A stretch of 64,000 nucleotides of DNA from Filifactoraceae bacterium (GCA_041853585.1 JBGZSM010000069.1:867-64866); one strand, 5' to 3'; counted from the stretch's first letter, positions 28,933-39,227 are shown. Numbers and translations are program-made. The notes: generated by a model from the letters alone, not told the origin.

Positions 28933-29841
28933 CTATAATCTGCCGAGCTGTTTATATCCATAGATCCCCGCCCCGATAACACCGCTTTGTTGATTCGCTT
29001 GCGAATAGTTGAACGAAAGGGTATCATGCGGATAAGGCTTGCGTGTGTGCTTGAGCACAAATTTTTCCAAAAGTGCTTTTGGAAAATTTTTCATAGCGAG
29101 CACGCCCCCGCCCAATATGATATGGTCCGGGTCAAAAATATTGATCTCGGATGCAATCGGAGCCGATAAATTCTCGATAAAGGCGATGATTTTTTCATCC
29201 TTCGATTTCAAAGTAAAAATATCATCGATTGCGATGTCCGAAAAATATTTTTTGTGGATTTCCTGCAAATACTTGCCTGACGCATAACCTTCCATGCAGC
29301 CTTGATTTCCACAAGAGCATAATTTGTCATCGCCGAGTACGACGGTATGGCCGAGTTCGCCCGCAACTCCGTTTTTTCCAACGAGCAAGCCGCCGCCAAC
29401 TTGAATCGCATTGCCGAAACCGGTGCCGATATAAAATCCGAGCACGATTTTTTGCTTGTCGAATTTTTTTTCAAACATGTCATATTCAAAAATCAGATTG
29501 ACATCCTTCTCCAAAAAAACGGGTTGCTCAAAATATTTTCCAAGTCCGTCTACGACCGGCATATTGTCCAATCCTGCAATATTGGGTGTCGAAAGTACGA
29601 TTTTGCGCTCTCTGTCAATCGTCGAGGGAAAACCCGCCACAATCGCTTCGATTCGATAGTCCTGATGATGAGCGATGTATTCCCGGATTTGCTCCGCCAA
29701 CGACTGGACGGGATTCTTTCCGAACACTTCGGCACTTTTTTTCATTACAAAATGCTCCAGATTCCCGCCTTCATCGACCATCCCAAATCGAACATTGGTT
29801 CCTCCGATATCAAATCCCAATATTCTCGCGTTATCTTTCAT
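28933..29841 (-). CDS. alsK: ROK-family sugar kinase (allose kinase by context)
   Basis: ILGFDIGGTNVR ATP motif and ROK zinc motif GHTV...CSCGNQGCMEGY. Position within the als operon supports the call. Confidence 0.6.
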   Translation of the reverse strand: MKDNARILGFDIGGTNVRFGMVDEGGNLEHFVMKKSAEVFGKNPVQSLAEQIREYIAHHQDYRIEAIVAGFPSTIDRERKIVLSTPNIAGLDNMPVVDGLGKYFEQPVFLEKDVNLIFEYDMFEKKFDKQKIVLGFYIGTGFGNAIQVGGGLLVGKNGVAGELGHTVVLGDDKLCSCGNQGCMEGYASGKYLQEIHKKYFSDIAIDDIFTLKSKDEKIIAFIENLSAPIASEINIFDPDHIILGGGVLAMKNFPKALLEKFVLKHTRKPYPHDTLSFNYSQANQQSGVIGAGIYGYKQLGRL

Positions 29842-29848
29842 AATTCCT

Positions 29849-30523
29849 CTACATTGTTTCTTTCTTAAAAATTTCTTCCATCTTATCGTATGCTCTGTTC
29901 AAATCTTCATCCAGGCTGAACAATCCCGAGCTTCCTACGATAAAAACTTCCGCTCCCGCTTCATGCAGTCTCTTGAAAGTTCTCTGATTGGCAGAGCCGT
30001 CGATTTCCAATAAGAAATTCAATCCTTTTTCTTCTTTATATCTCTTCGCTTCTTTGATTTTATCCAGCATTTCCGGAATAAAAGGCTGACCGGCAAATCC
30101 CGGATCTACCGTCATAATCGTCAACTTGTCAATCAAATGGATATAATGCTTGATATAGTCCAGCGGCGTCGCCGGATTGATGACGATGCCGACCTTCGCT
30201 CCCGCATTTTTAATCAGATTGATGATTCGAAACGCGTCCTTATTGATGGTTTCCGCATGAGGACAAATATAGCTCGCGCCGGCTTTTGCCAATTCCTCAA
30301 TATAGTCGGACGGATACTCCGTCATCAGATGAACATCGATTGGAATCTTTGTCACCTTGCTGATTGCCTCCACGAACATCGGCGACAGAGTAATATTTTT
30401 TACATAATGTCCGTCCATGATATCGACATGTAGCATATCTGCCCGCTCATTCAAAATTTCAAGTTGCTCCTTGAGTTTGAGCAAATCCATACACATCAGT
30501 GATACGGAAAATTGTGCTTTCAT
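29849..30523 (-). CDS. alsE: D-allulose-6-phosphate 3-epimerase
   Basis: SLMCMDLLKLKEQLE...HVDIMDGHYV.N.TLSP...TVDPGFAGQPFIPEMLDKI matches remembered E. coli AlsE almost motif for motif. Confidence 0.8.
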   Translation of the reverse strand: MKAQFSVSLMCMDLLKLKEQLEILNERADMLHVDIMDGHYVKNITLSPMFVEAISKVTKIPIDVHLMTEYPSDYIEELAKAGASYICPHAETINKDAFRIINLIKNAGAKVGIVINPATPLDYIKHYIHLIDKLTIMTVDPGFAGQPFIPEMLDKIKEAKRYKEEKGLNFLLEIDGSANQRTFKRLHEAGAEVFIVGSSGLFSLDEDLNRAYDKMEEIFKKETM

Positions 30524-30677
30524 TCTTTTCTCCTTTTGAAACTTCTGAAACCGATTCAAAATCAATCGCAGAATATTTTTCTATTATTTTAAGCCGCTCA
30601 ACCGAATCTTCGATTGAGGGCGACTTTACAAAACTGAATCTTGCAATTCGCTGCAAAAATCCGCTCATAATTTCGAT

Positions 30678-31637
30678 TTATTCTTTCACTTTGATTCCCG
30701 CAAACACTCTTTCCAGCGTAACCACTCCGATAATCAGCGAGCCCATGACGATTTGCTGATAATAGGTCGGTACGGAAAGCATATTGAGGCCATTGCTGAT
30801 GGCTCCGATGATAATTCCTCCGACAACCACCTTCATCACGACCCCTTTCCCTCCGAAAAAGCTCGTTCCTCCGATGATGGCGGATGCGATGGCAAAAGTT
30901 TCATATCCCGTTGCCGCGAGCGGTTCCGCAGAACCAAGTCTTGCAGTAAATACGACTCCGGCAATCCCTGCACAAACTCCCGAAATAATAAATACAATCA
31001 GCGTGTGCAAATTTACATTGATTCCGGAATACCAAGCCGCTTCTTTATTGCCGCCCATCGCATAAATATTTCTGCCCAATCGCGTTTTGGTCGTCAAGAA
31101 AGTAAGCACCAATCCGACGAACAGCGCAATCAATACCGGAATGGGAACGGGGCCGAGCCATCCCGCAACCAATTTGCCGAAGGCGGGCGGAAATTTGAAC
31201 ACCGGCGATGCGTTGGAGATGATGAGTGTCAACCCTCGATAAATTGACAGAGTCCCCAGCGTAATGATGAAGGGATGCAGTTTCGTGACATTTACCAAAA
31301 AACCGTTGAACGCTCCCAAAAGTGCCCCGAGCAAAATACCGCCGATCAAAATCGCAACAATCGGATGCCAGCCGAACACCATCAACTTTGCCGTCACCAT
31401 GCCTGTCAGCGCAATGATGGAACCGACGGAAAGATCGATGCCGGCAATGAGGATCGCAAAAAACTCCCCGCAGGCAATCAATATCGTCACCGAACTTTGC
31501 AACAGAATCTGCACAAAATTCCCCTTTGTAAAAAATGTTTCAGGAGAAATCAATCCGAACACGATAACCATCACAATGAGAATAGCAAAAGTTCCGTATT
31601 TCTCCCAAATCTGACTGAACTCGATTTTTTTCTTCAT
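30678..31637 (-). CDS. alsC: Sugar ABC transporter permease (AlsC/RbsC type)
   Basis: 319 aa polytopic protein of the RbsC-family. Operon context supports the call. Confidence 0.7.
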   Translation of the reverse strand: MKKKIEFSQIWEKYGTFAILIVMVIVFGLISPETFFTKGNFVQILLQSSVTILIACGEFFAILIAGIDLSVGSIIALTGMVTAKLMVFGWHPIVAILIGGILLGALLGAFNGFLVNVTKLHPFIITLGTLSIYRGLTLIISNASPVFKFPPAFGKLVAGWLGPVPIPVLIALFVGLVLTFLTTKTRLGRNIYAMGGNKEAAWYSGINVNLHTLIVFIISGVCAGIAGVVFTARLGSAEPLAATGYETFAIASAIIGGTSFFGGKGVVMKVVVGGIIIGAISNGLNMLSVPTYYQQIVMGSLIIGVVTLERVFAGIKVKE

Positions 31638-31645
31638 CTCTCCTC

Positions 31646-33154
31646 CTAACTCGTTGCCAGCTCCATAATTTTTTCTTCCGTAATGCCGTCGCCCGACAAA
31701 GTGCCTTGAATTTTCCCCTTGTTGAAAACAACTACGCGGTCACAGATCGAAAGCAATTCCGGAAGCTCCGACGAAACCATGATGACGACTTTTCCGGAAT
31801 CGGCAAGCTCTCGCATGATGCGATAAATCTCCGACTTGCTTCCGATATCGATTCCTTTTGTCGGCTCATCAAAAATCAGCATTTTCGCATCCGACGCCAT
31901 CCATTTTCCGATGATGACCTTCTGCTGATTGCCGCCCGAAAGTTCGGTAATGTTTTGCTTGACCGATCGCGCCTTCACGCTGAGATTGCTCGTTTGAGCG
32001 CTCGCTATGTCAAAATCATTTTTGCGATTGATAATTCCTCCGATACCGCCCTTCGTCGAATCTTTGATACCGCGAATAAAAGTGATATTTTCCTCAATCG
32101 TAAAATTGTGAAAAAATCCCGTTTCTCGCCGATTTTCCGTCAAAAGTCCGATACCGCTTTTGATAACCTGATACGGATTTTTGTTATTGACCGCCTCCTT
32201 ATATAGAAAGATTTTTCCGGAAGATAGCGGCACCGCTCCGAAAATCGCCTCCATCAATTCGGTTCTTCCCGAGCCGACCAAACCCGCAAATCCGAGAATT
32301 TCTCCTTTTTTAACAAAAAAGCTGACATCCTTTACTTTTTCATCGCGTCTCGTTATATTCTTCGCTTCAAAAATTATTTCACTCTGCTCGAAATCATGAT
32401 CCGACATATAGCGATTTTGAACCTCACGGCCGACCATCATCTTTATCAACTCATTGATTTCGACATTCTCAATTTCACGCGTACCGACATATTTTCCGTC
32501 TTTGAGTACGGAAACTCTCGTGCCGATTTTTTTCAGCTCGTCCATCTTGTGCGAAATATAGACGATGCCATGTCCTTCTTTTTGCAAAGTGCGTATAATT
32601 TCAAATAATTTTTCCACCTCTTCATTCGTAAGCGATGAAGTTGGCTCATCCATAATAATCACTTTGGCGTCGAAGGCAATCGCCTTTGCAATTTCAACCA
32701 CTTGCTTTTCGGAAATGCTGAGCGTTTCGACAAGGGTTTCGGGATTTTTGTTCAGACCGAGCTTTTTCAAAATTTCACTCGCTCTCCTATTCATCCTTTC
32801 CATGTCCACGATTTCGATGCCGAATTTCTTCTTGGTCAATAACTTGCCCATAAAGATATTTTCGGTAATCGAAAGCTGTCCGCATAAGCTTAACTCTTGG
32901 TAGATGATGCTGATTCCATGCTCAAAGGATTCTTTCGGTGTCAATCGGGAATAGTGCTTTCCTTCGATAATGATTTCTCCGCTTGTCGGCTCATAGGCTC
33001 CGCTCAGAATTTTCATCAGCGTGGATTTGCCCGCTCCATTTTCTCCAAGAAGGATATGCACTTCGCCCTGCTCAACCGTAAAACTGATATTTTCAAGTGC
33101 GACGACACCCGGAAATGTTTTGGTAATATTCTTCATCTCAACCAAGGTTTTCAT
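31646..33154 (-). CDS. alsA: Sugar ABC transporter ATP-binding protein, duplicated ATPase (AlsA/RbsA type)
   Basis: Two nucleotide-binding domains: GENGAGKST / LSISEKQ and GLVGSGRT / LSGGNQQK. Confidence 0.75.
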   Translation of the reverse strand: MKTLVEMKNITKTFPGVVALENISFTVEQGEVHILLGENGAGKSTLMKILSGAYEPTSGEIIIEGKHYSRLTPKESFEHGISIIYQELSLCGQLSITENIFMGKLLTKKKFGIEIVDMERMNRRASEILKKLGLNKNPETLVETLSISEKQVVEIAKAIAFDAKVIIMDEPTSSLTNEEVEKLFEIIRTLQKEGHGIVYISHKMDELKKIGTRVSVLKDGKYVGTREIENVEINELIKMMVGREVQNRYMSDHDFEQSEIIFEAKNITRRDEKVKDVSFFVKKGEILGFAGLVGSGRTELMEAIFGAVPLSSGKIFLYKEAVNNKNPYQVIKSGIGLLTENRRETGFFHNFTIEENITFIRGIKDSTKGGIGGIINRKNDFDIASAQTSNLSVKARSVKQNITELSGGNQQKVIIGKWMASDAKMLIFDEPTKGIDIGSKSEIYRIMRELADSGKVVIMVSSELPELLSICDRVVVFNKGKIQGTLSGDGITEEKIMELATS

Positions 33155-33250
33155 AATCCATTCCTCTCATTAACATCAAATTGTGCCATGCACAATCAAG
33201 CTCAATCAAAAGAGGGTTGTCCATCCCAGACAACGGACAACCCTTTGCAG

Positions 33251-34249
33251 TTACTCTTTTGTTATCAAATTTGATTCTACCGGTGTAGCTTCCGGAATCG
33301 CCATCGGATCCATCGCCGGCTTATCTTGCAATGCTTTGTGCAAAAGTCGAAGTGACTCCGCTCCGATTTCCGCCGGATCCTGCGCAACCGTTGCCGCCAT
33401 GCCGTCCGCTTGGATGGATTCGATTGCCTCCGGTGCTCCGTCCGTTCCTACAACCATAATCTGTCCTTTTTTGCCGGCATTTTCAACCGCTTGTTGCGCA
33501 CCGAGCGCCATCGTGTCGTTGCATGCATAGATAGCAACCAAGTCCGGATTTTTTGTAATCATATTGGTTGCAACATCCAATGCCTTCGCTCTGTCCCAAT
33601 CAGCCGGTTGACTATCCACCAATTCAAATTTATCATTCGCTTTGAACACGCCGGTTGCTCCGTCTCTTCTGTCATTTCCGGATGCATTTCCCGCTTTTCC
33701 TTCAATGATGGCAACTTTACCGCCTTCCGGATTCTTCTCCACGATAAAATCCGCAGCCTTTGCACCCACCGCAACATTATCCGTTGTTACAAAGAACAAA
33801 ATGCTTCCGCCAAGTCCCTGAAGCTGCTCCACATCGATTTTTTCATCAATGTTTCCGACATAGATTCCTTTTTTGTTTGCCTCTGCAATCGCATTGTTCA
33901 AGTTTGCCGGTGACAAAGGTGCAATACCGATTGCTTTGTAATTTTTAGAAATTGCCGTTTCAACCAGATTCAACTGACCTTGCAAATCATCTTCTGATTG
34001 TGCGGCGTAAATATCCACTTTGATTCCTAACGCTTCCGCCTCAGCCTCAATGCCTTCCTTCATTTCAACCCAGAACGGATTTGCCAAAGTTTTAAGTACA
34101 ATGGCAATTTCAGCACCCTCTTCTGTTGTTTCAGCCGGCGGTGTCGTATTTCCATTCGTTCCTTCGGATGTCTTCGCTCCGCATCCCGTTAGCACAAGCA
34201 TTCCAGCTAATAGTAAGCTGAAAACTCCTTTTGCAAATTTGCTCTTCAT
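33251..34249 (-). CDS. alsB: D-allose-binding lipoprotein
   Basis: Lipobox LTGC. The mature part (IAIVLKTLANPFWVEMKEGIE...VTTDNVAVGAKAADFI...IIEGKAGNASG...QPADWDR.KALDVATN) is very close to remembered E. coli AlsB. Confidence 0.8.
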   Translation of the reverse strand: MKSKFAKGVFSLLLAGMLVLTGCGAKTSEGTNGNTTPPAETTEEGAEIAIVLKTLANPFWVEMKEGIEAEAEALGIKVDIYAAQSEDDLQGQLNLVETAISKNYKAIGIAPLSPANLNNAIAEANKKGIYVGNIDEKIDVEQLQGLGGSILFFVTTDNVAVGAKAADFIVEKNPEGGKVAIIEGKAGNASGNDRRDGATGVFKANDKFELVDSQPADWDRAKALDVATNMITKNPDLVAIYACNDTMALGAQQAVENAGKKGQIMVVGTDGAPEAIESIQADGMAATVAQDPAEIGAESLRLLHKALQDKPAMDPMAIPEATPVESNLITKE

Positions 34250-34304
34250 AAAGTACCTCCAAAAATTTTTCTATGATAAATTCTTTGAAAAGAATTTCAT
34301 CCGA

Positions 34305-34318
34305 TGTAATCGTTTACG
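34305..34318. promoter_or_regulatory. LacI-family/cre-like operator upstream of alsB
   Basis: tgtaatcgtttacg approximates TGWAANCGNTNWCA. It shares the 12-mer gtaatcgtttac with the site at 35469-35482. Confidence 0.5.
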
Positions 34319-34333
34319 CATCCAAAGAGAAGC

Positions 34334-35332
34334 TTAGCAGCTCTCTCTTCTTATCAAGGTCACCGGTGTGTGATAAGTTTTGATTTCAATATCCTGACCA
34401 TTCATCATCTCCATTAAAAGATGCACCGCTTCCTCCGCCATTTTGTAAAAATCCTGCGAAATCGTCGTAATCGGCAAGGATGAAAATTTGGAAATTGAAA
34501 TATTGTCAAAGCCTACAACCTTGACATCGTCCGGTAATTTTCTTCCGCTCTCTCGAAGTGCATCAATTGCACCAAGCGCCATCCAATCCGTCGTTGCAAA
34601 AACGCCGTCAAATTCGACGCCCTGCGCAATCAACTTTTTCATACCTTCCTTCGCCGATTGATAACTGATAGGATAAACGCGCATCACCAATTTCTCATCG
34701 ACTTCGATTCCCGCTTTCTTGAGTGCAAAACAATATCCTTGGTAACGATCTTGAATGGTCGATATCTGTCTTTCGTCACGAATCAGCACAATTTTTTTGC
34801 AGCCTTTGGCAAGCAGTTCTTCCGTCGCCATAATCCCGCCGCGAAAATTGTCGGATTCGATTACGATATTTTTTTGGTCACTCGGAATCGTACGGTCGAT
34901 GAAAATCGTCGGCACGCGCGCCAAATTATCCGACTTGGAAACTTTTCCCGACAGATAAATCAATCCGTCCACTCCTTTGGAGCATAAATCCCAATAATAT
35001 TTGTTTTCAATTTCCTCCGATTCGTCGGTGTTGCAGATAAATGCGGTATATCCTTTTTGAAACAACAACATCTCCAATTCTCGTACGATGGATGAAAAAA
35101 ATTCATTCGTAATATCCGGAATGATGATGCCGATGCTCTTGCTGACATTGGTACGCAAACCTTTTGCAATCATGTTGGGTTTGTAATTGTACTTTTTTAT
35201 AATGTCCAACACCTTGCGCTCGGTCTCCGCAGAAAATCGACCGTTCCCGTTGATGACGCGAGAAACCGTCGCCACCGAAACGCCCGCCAACTCGGATATC
35301 GTCTTTATCGATAATTTCGTAGAATTTTTCAT
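34334..35332 (-). CDS. LacI-family transcriptional regulator of the als operon
   Basis: Helix-turn-helix IKTISELAGVSVATVSRVINGNG followed by a periplasmic-binding-fold sugar sensor domain. Confidence 0.8.
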   Translation of the reverse strand: MKNSTKLSIKTISELAGVSVATVSRVINGNGRFSAETERKVLDIIKKYNYKPNMIAKGLRTNVSKSIGIIIPDITNEFFSSIVRELEMLLFQKGYTAFICNTDESEEIENKYYWDLCSKGVDGLIYLSGKVSKSDNLARVPTIFIDRTIPSDQKNIVIESDNFRGGIMATEELLAKGCKKIVLIRDERQISTIQDRYQGYCFALKKAGIEVDEKLVMRVYPISYQSAKEGMKKLIAQGVEFDGVFATTDWMALGAIDALRESGRKLPDDVKVVGFDNISISKFSSLPITTISQDFYKMAEEAVHLLMEMMNGQDIEIKTYHTPVTLIRRESC

Positions 35333-35468
35333 CCCCTTTGAGGATTGCTTTTCCAATCTAATCACTCTTTCTATCTTTCTATTGTTGTTTGCCGATTGGG
35401 CAAACAACTCCGGCAAATAAAATCGGTTTGCTGTCCGATTTCATTTTTGCGATTCTCAATTTCGCATG

Positions 35469-35482
35469 AGTAATCGTTTACA
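35469..35482. promoter_or_regulatory. Second LacI-family/cre-like operator, upstream of the regulator gene
   Basis: agtaatcgtttaca lies next to a minus-strand TATAAT (plus 35484-35492). Confidence 0.5.
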
Positions 35483-35600
35483 TGTATTATACAATAGAAA
35501 AGCGTTCTTTGCAATCATTTTTTGACCGCAGAACGCTTTTGCCATTTTGACTGCAATCCCGCGAGGATTACAAGCCGTTCTTATTCAAAAATTTGATGAA

Positions 35601-36539
35601 TTATCCAAGTTCTTCGATGTGATATCGATTCCTCACTTCACGATATAATCTTACAATCGTGACGATGCCGACAACCAAGGACAGACCGCCCCATACGAAG
35701 AAATCAAAATAAAACTCACTTTTTAGGCCATAGTATTCAAGGATATTAAACAAATTTATAAATACTTCCGGGAAAGTTAAGTCCGGCGTTTCCACACGAA
35801 GCTCTCTAAAAGCAGCCCAAGACCAATCGCTCAGAATTGCAACGATGACGCCGATGCTTCCCGCTACAAAAGAAATAATTGTGCCGAGCAGCCCGATTTT
35901 GCCGGCGAATTTTTCATAGCCCTTGAAAGCTAAGAAATACACGACCATCCCTGCAAGCCACGCCCAGATTCCCAGCAGGGAAACCAGAAAATAAATCACC
36001 GCTCCGATGACTGAACCGCCGATTGCACCTAAAATTCCTAAAACGACATTTTCTGAACGCCCGTCGATTTCCTTTTGATATTCCGCCATCTGCCCCGACA
36101 TGTGAACGCGCGCATCCTCGGACAGATAGTGATATTCCATATTTGCCTTTACCAATCTGACTGTCCCGTCATCAACGCCAAGCGCAAAGCATCCCGTTGT
36201 ATATTCATTTCTTGAGAGATACTCGGTCAACTCTTCCAACGCATTGCTCAGGTGCTTCTTCAGTTTACCGGAAAAAAGAGTATTCTTCCCCTCAATAACG
36301 ATGGTATTTACGGATTGATAAGCCTTTCGAATGACTTTTCCATCGACCAGCGATTCCAACTTTGTCTTCAATCGGTTATCATCATACGGGCGGCTCGCCC
36401 CTATACGAACTAAAAAAAATCCGGTTCCTTCATCAAAAAGAAGCGTCGTGTAATAGCCGTTCACCTTGCCATAGTACACATTTTCTTTAAATGCCAAATT
36501 GTAATCTTTCTTCAAAAAACCATAATTGTTCAGTTGCAT
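35601..36539 (-). CDS. Membrane protein, unknown function
   Basis: 312 aa with a soluble N-terminal half followed by about 5 transmembrane helices. No recognisable motif. Confidence 0.5.
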   Translation of the reverse strand: MQLNNYGFLKKDYNLAFKENVYYGKVNGYYTTLLFDEGTGFFLVRIGASRPYDDNRLKTKLESLVDGKVIRKAYQSVNTIVIEGKNTLFSGKLKKHLSNALEELTEYLSRNEYTTGCFALGVDDGTVRLVKANMEYHYLSEDARVHMSGQMAEYQKEIDGRSENVVLGILGAIGGSVIGAVIYFLVSLLGIWAWLAGMVVYFLAFKGYEKFAGKIGLLGTIISFVAGSIGVIVAILSDWSWAAFRELRVETPDLTFPEVFINLFNILEYYGLKSEFYFDFFVWGGLSLVVGIVTIVRLYREVRNRYHIEELG

Positions 36540-36590
36540 TGTAACCCCCTTAAAAATTTATACTTTTCTATTTTAACCGATTAGAAAAAT

Positions 36591-37301
36591 CTAATCAAGC
36601 TCTTTTGCAATTTTTCGCACGACAAAAGATGCCATCATCAGCCCGGCAACCGGCGGTACAAAAGCACAGCTCGCCGGAATTTCTCTTTTGCCCGCCGATG
36701 CAATACTCTGCTTCGGCTTTCTCGGCGGTTCATCCGAAAAGACCACATCCAAGTCAGCGATACCTCTATCCTTTAGCTCCTTGCGCATCACTTTCGCCAA
36801 AGGGTCGGTATGAGTCTTTGCCAATTTTGTAATCTGAATTCTCGTCGGGTCGATTTTGTTTCCCATGCCCATTGAGCTGATGATAGGAATATTTTTCTCC
36901 TTGCAGGTCTTTATCAAAAAGATTTTGGAAGTGATGATATCAATTGCATCAACGACAAAATCAAAATCCGCCGCAAAAAATTCGTCGCTGTTCTCCGGCA
37001 GATATTTCTTATCAAAAATATGCAGTTTGATCTGCGGATTGATTTGCAAAATGCGCTCCGCCATCACCGACACCTTGCTCTTGCCCACAGTTTCCATCAA
37101 CGCGGGAATTTGTCGATTCAAATTGCTGGTATCAATCCGGTCAAAATCCACAATGCTCATCTCGCCCACGCCCGAGCGCGCAATCGCCTCCGCAGCAAAA
37201 CTTCCCACGCCGCCGATGCCGAAAATTGCCACATGCGATAACGACAGTCTTTGCATCGCTTCTTTTCCAATCAATAACTCCGTTCTAAAAAATTGCTCCA
37301 T
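36591..37301 (-). CDS. tcdA: tRNA threonylcarbamoyladenosine dehydratase (ThiF/E1-like)
   Basis: VAIFGIGGVGSFAAEAIARSGVGEMSIVDFDRID.SNLNRQ, plus the TcdA length and C-terminus. Confidence 0.75.
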   Translation of the reverse strand: MEQFFRTELLIGKEAMQRLSLSHVAIFGIGGVGSFAAEAIARSGVGEMSIVDFDRIDTSNLNRQIPALMETVGKSKVSVMAERILQINPQIKLHIFDKKYLPENSDEFFAADFDFVVDAIDIITSKIFLIKTCKEKNIPIISSMGMGNKIDPTRIQITKLAKTHTDPLAKVMRKELKDRGIADLDVVFSDEPPRKPKQSIASAGKREIPASCAFVPPVAGLMMASFVVRKIAKELD

Positions 37302-37514
37302 AAACTCTCCACTTATCTATTATACTTCATGCCATACCGCTCCGATTCAAACAACATGAAATTGCGTTGATTCGTCTGTGATTCTCCGCAAAGAAAGACA
37401 GAAAAATTGCTGTTTTGAATGAAGTTCTGCATTTCATTTCTCATACTTTGTTACTATAAAGCAAAAAATCGAGTTTTGCAAGATAAAATCGCCGGATGCA
37501 TATCAATCATCAAC

Positions 37515-37554
37515 ATAAAAAAGCTGTTGCAGAACGTAAAATCTCTTTCTGCAA
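37515..37554 (-). terminator. Terminator after the orphan gene 37659-38336
   Basis: On the minus strand, ttgcagaa-loop-ttctgcaa is followed by TTTTTTAT. A second hairpin (aggcaat/attgcct) is adjacent at 37561-37584. Confidence 0.5.
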
Positions 37555-37658
37555 TCTCCCGAGGCAATGTTTCTCATTGCCTGAAGAATATTCTTATTTT
37601 ACAACAGATTCCGGACTTGACTAGTATCATTAAAACGGTTGATGCAAAGCCAAAACTT

Positions 37659-38336
37659 CTATCTCCACCAACCGAGGAATTTATAACCGTCAATAACTTC
37701 GATATAAAACCAATCCACCATTTTACTTAGAGCTAAAATATTTTTATCTCTCTTGATTTCTTCAAATGTAAAACCCGAAATTATAATCTGTCTCTCAATG
37801 CAATTTATACTTGGATCTAAATAATATTCAAAAAAAGGATCTCTTCCCATCTTTTCAATCTGCTTAGCAATTTCATCCTCACCCATGTCCACATCGCTTT
37901 TGAATCTAAACTTGCCATATATTATATCCGTATCAATGCAATTCTCTCTAATTTCTCTTAAAGTGAAGTATTCCAACCACTTATTAATGCGCCCTTCTTT
38001 CTTTAATTCTAAAAAAAGATTCATCACACACGGATCCACTCCGATTACATTACAAAATCTCTTTCCATTATACAACTCCGCAAAAGATAATTTATCAAAG
38101 ATTTTTCTAAACATGTCAATTTCTTTCTCAATATCAGCAGTTAAAAAGCATGCTTTTCCTACAAGGCTTTCGTCCGGAGATTGACACCGTTCTTTAAATA
38201 CAAAAAAGTAAGCCAGAGATATTTGTATGTTGATATTTTTTTCGATAATATCTTTCATTTCGTTTTGATCGATTAACTTCTTATCATAACATTTAAAGGT
38301 CTCCAATACTTTAACGCGTTCTCCATTTGGAATCAT
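37659..38336 (-). CDS. Orphan cytoplasmic protein in an AT-rich islet
   Basis: 225 aa clean ORF with no recognisable motif. Flanked by about 900 nt of non-coding DNA. Confidence 0.45.
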   Translation of the reverse strand: MIPNGERVKVLETFKCYDKKLIDQNEMKDIIEKNINIQISLAYFFVFKERCQSPDESLVGKACFLTADIEKEIDMFRKIFDKLSFAELYNGKRFCNVIGVDPCVMNLFLELKKEGRINKWLEYFTLREIRENCIDTDIIYGKFRFKSDVDMGEDEIAKQIEKMGRDPFFEYYLDPSINCIERQIIISGFTFEEIKRDKNILALSKMVDWFYIEVIDGYKFLGWWR

Positions 38337-39028
38337 AGTAATTAACTCCTATCAAATTTTATTATCTAAAATAACCGAACCGAATCGGCGCCATCGAACC
38401 AACCCTTTCATAGTTATCTGCAAAGATTGAATTTGTCAGCAGAAATCGAACTCAATCCGCAACCCGCATACATGCTATTTCCTCATACAAAGTTGTCATT
38501 GCGAATCGTTCGGTCTCTCAAAAATATATAAAACAGGTTTTTGATTCATAGTGGCTTACTCTCCCCGATAATCTCTTTTCCTCCGTCGGGATATCACTTA
38601 TAAATATTCTACGGCACTATGAGTGACCGAAAACTCGGAGCATGAGTTTAAGCGATAGCTCTACGAGTAGCTCTGCCCAAAAATTCTTCCTGTTCTTCTT
38701 TTATCATCGTAAAAAGTCTTTTACTTCCAATTTTTTATTTTTCAACATATCAAAGCTCTTTTCAAACATTTTTACGGTTAATTAGATTGTATTACATGGC
38801 AGTAAATTTTTCAACAACTTCAAAAGCAAAGTAAATAACGACTGATTATAAATATTGCTAAGCGGCACAGAGTTAAAAATCAAGACTTCTTTTCTCTTTT
38901 TATTTGCAAGAAAAAAAGAGCAGTGTGACCGCTCTTTTCAAATTTAAAAATCAATTTTTATAATCACCCTAATTTGAATGACCATTTCGTCTGAATCACT
39001 ATCCCATTTCTCAATCTCATAGCCTAAC

Positions 39029-39046
39029 AATAGGAAGAATTTTTTC
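39029..39046 (+). repeat. Degenerate copy of the aataggaagagatttttt motif (1-nt deletion)
   Basis: aataggaagaattttttc compared with aataggaagagattttttc. Confidence 0.6.
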
Positions 39047-39203
39047 CAAAGAATACAATCACATTCCTTTCTCCATCAGAACTATAAGCCGCTATTTCAG
39101 CTCAGACTACAACTTCATTGAAAATTTCGCCATGCGAATTCTAATGGCGTTTACCATTTGCTATTGAATCTGATTGACGCTCGTCAAAAATCACAATTAC
39201 CCC

Positions 39204-39227
39204 CTATATAATAGGAAGAGATTTTTT
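39204..39227 (+). repeat. Copy of the 24-nt motif ctatataataggaagagatttttt
   Basis: Exact 24/24 match to 744-767. It lies 10 nt beyond the stop of the aspartokinase N-terminal fragment. Confidence 0.8.
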
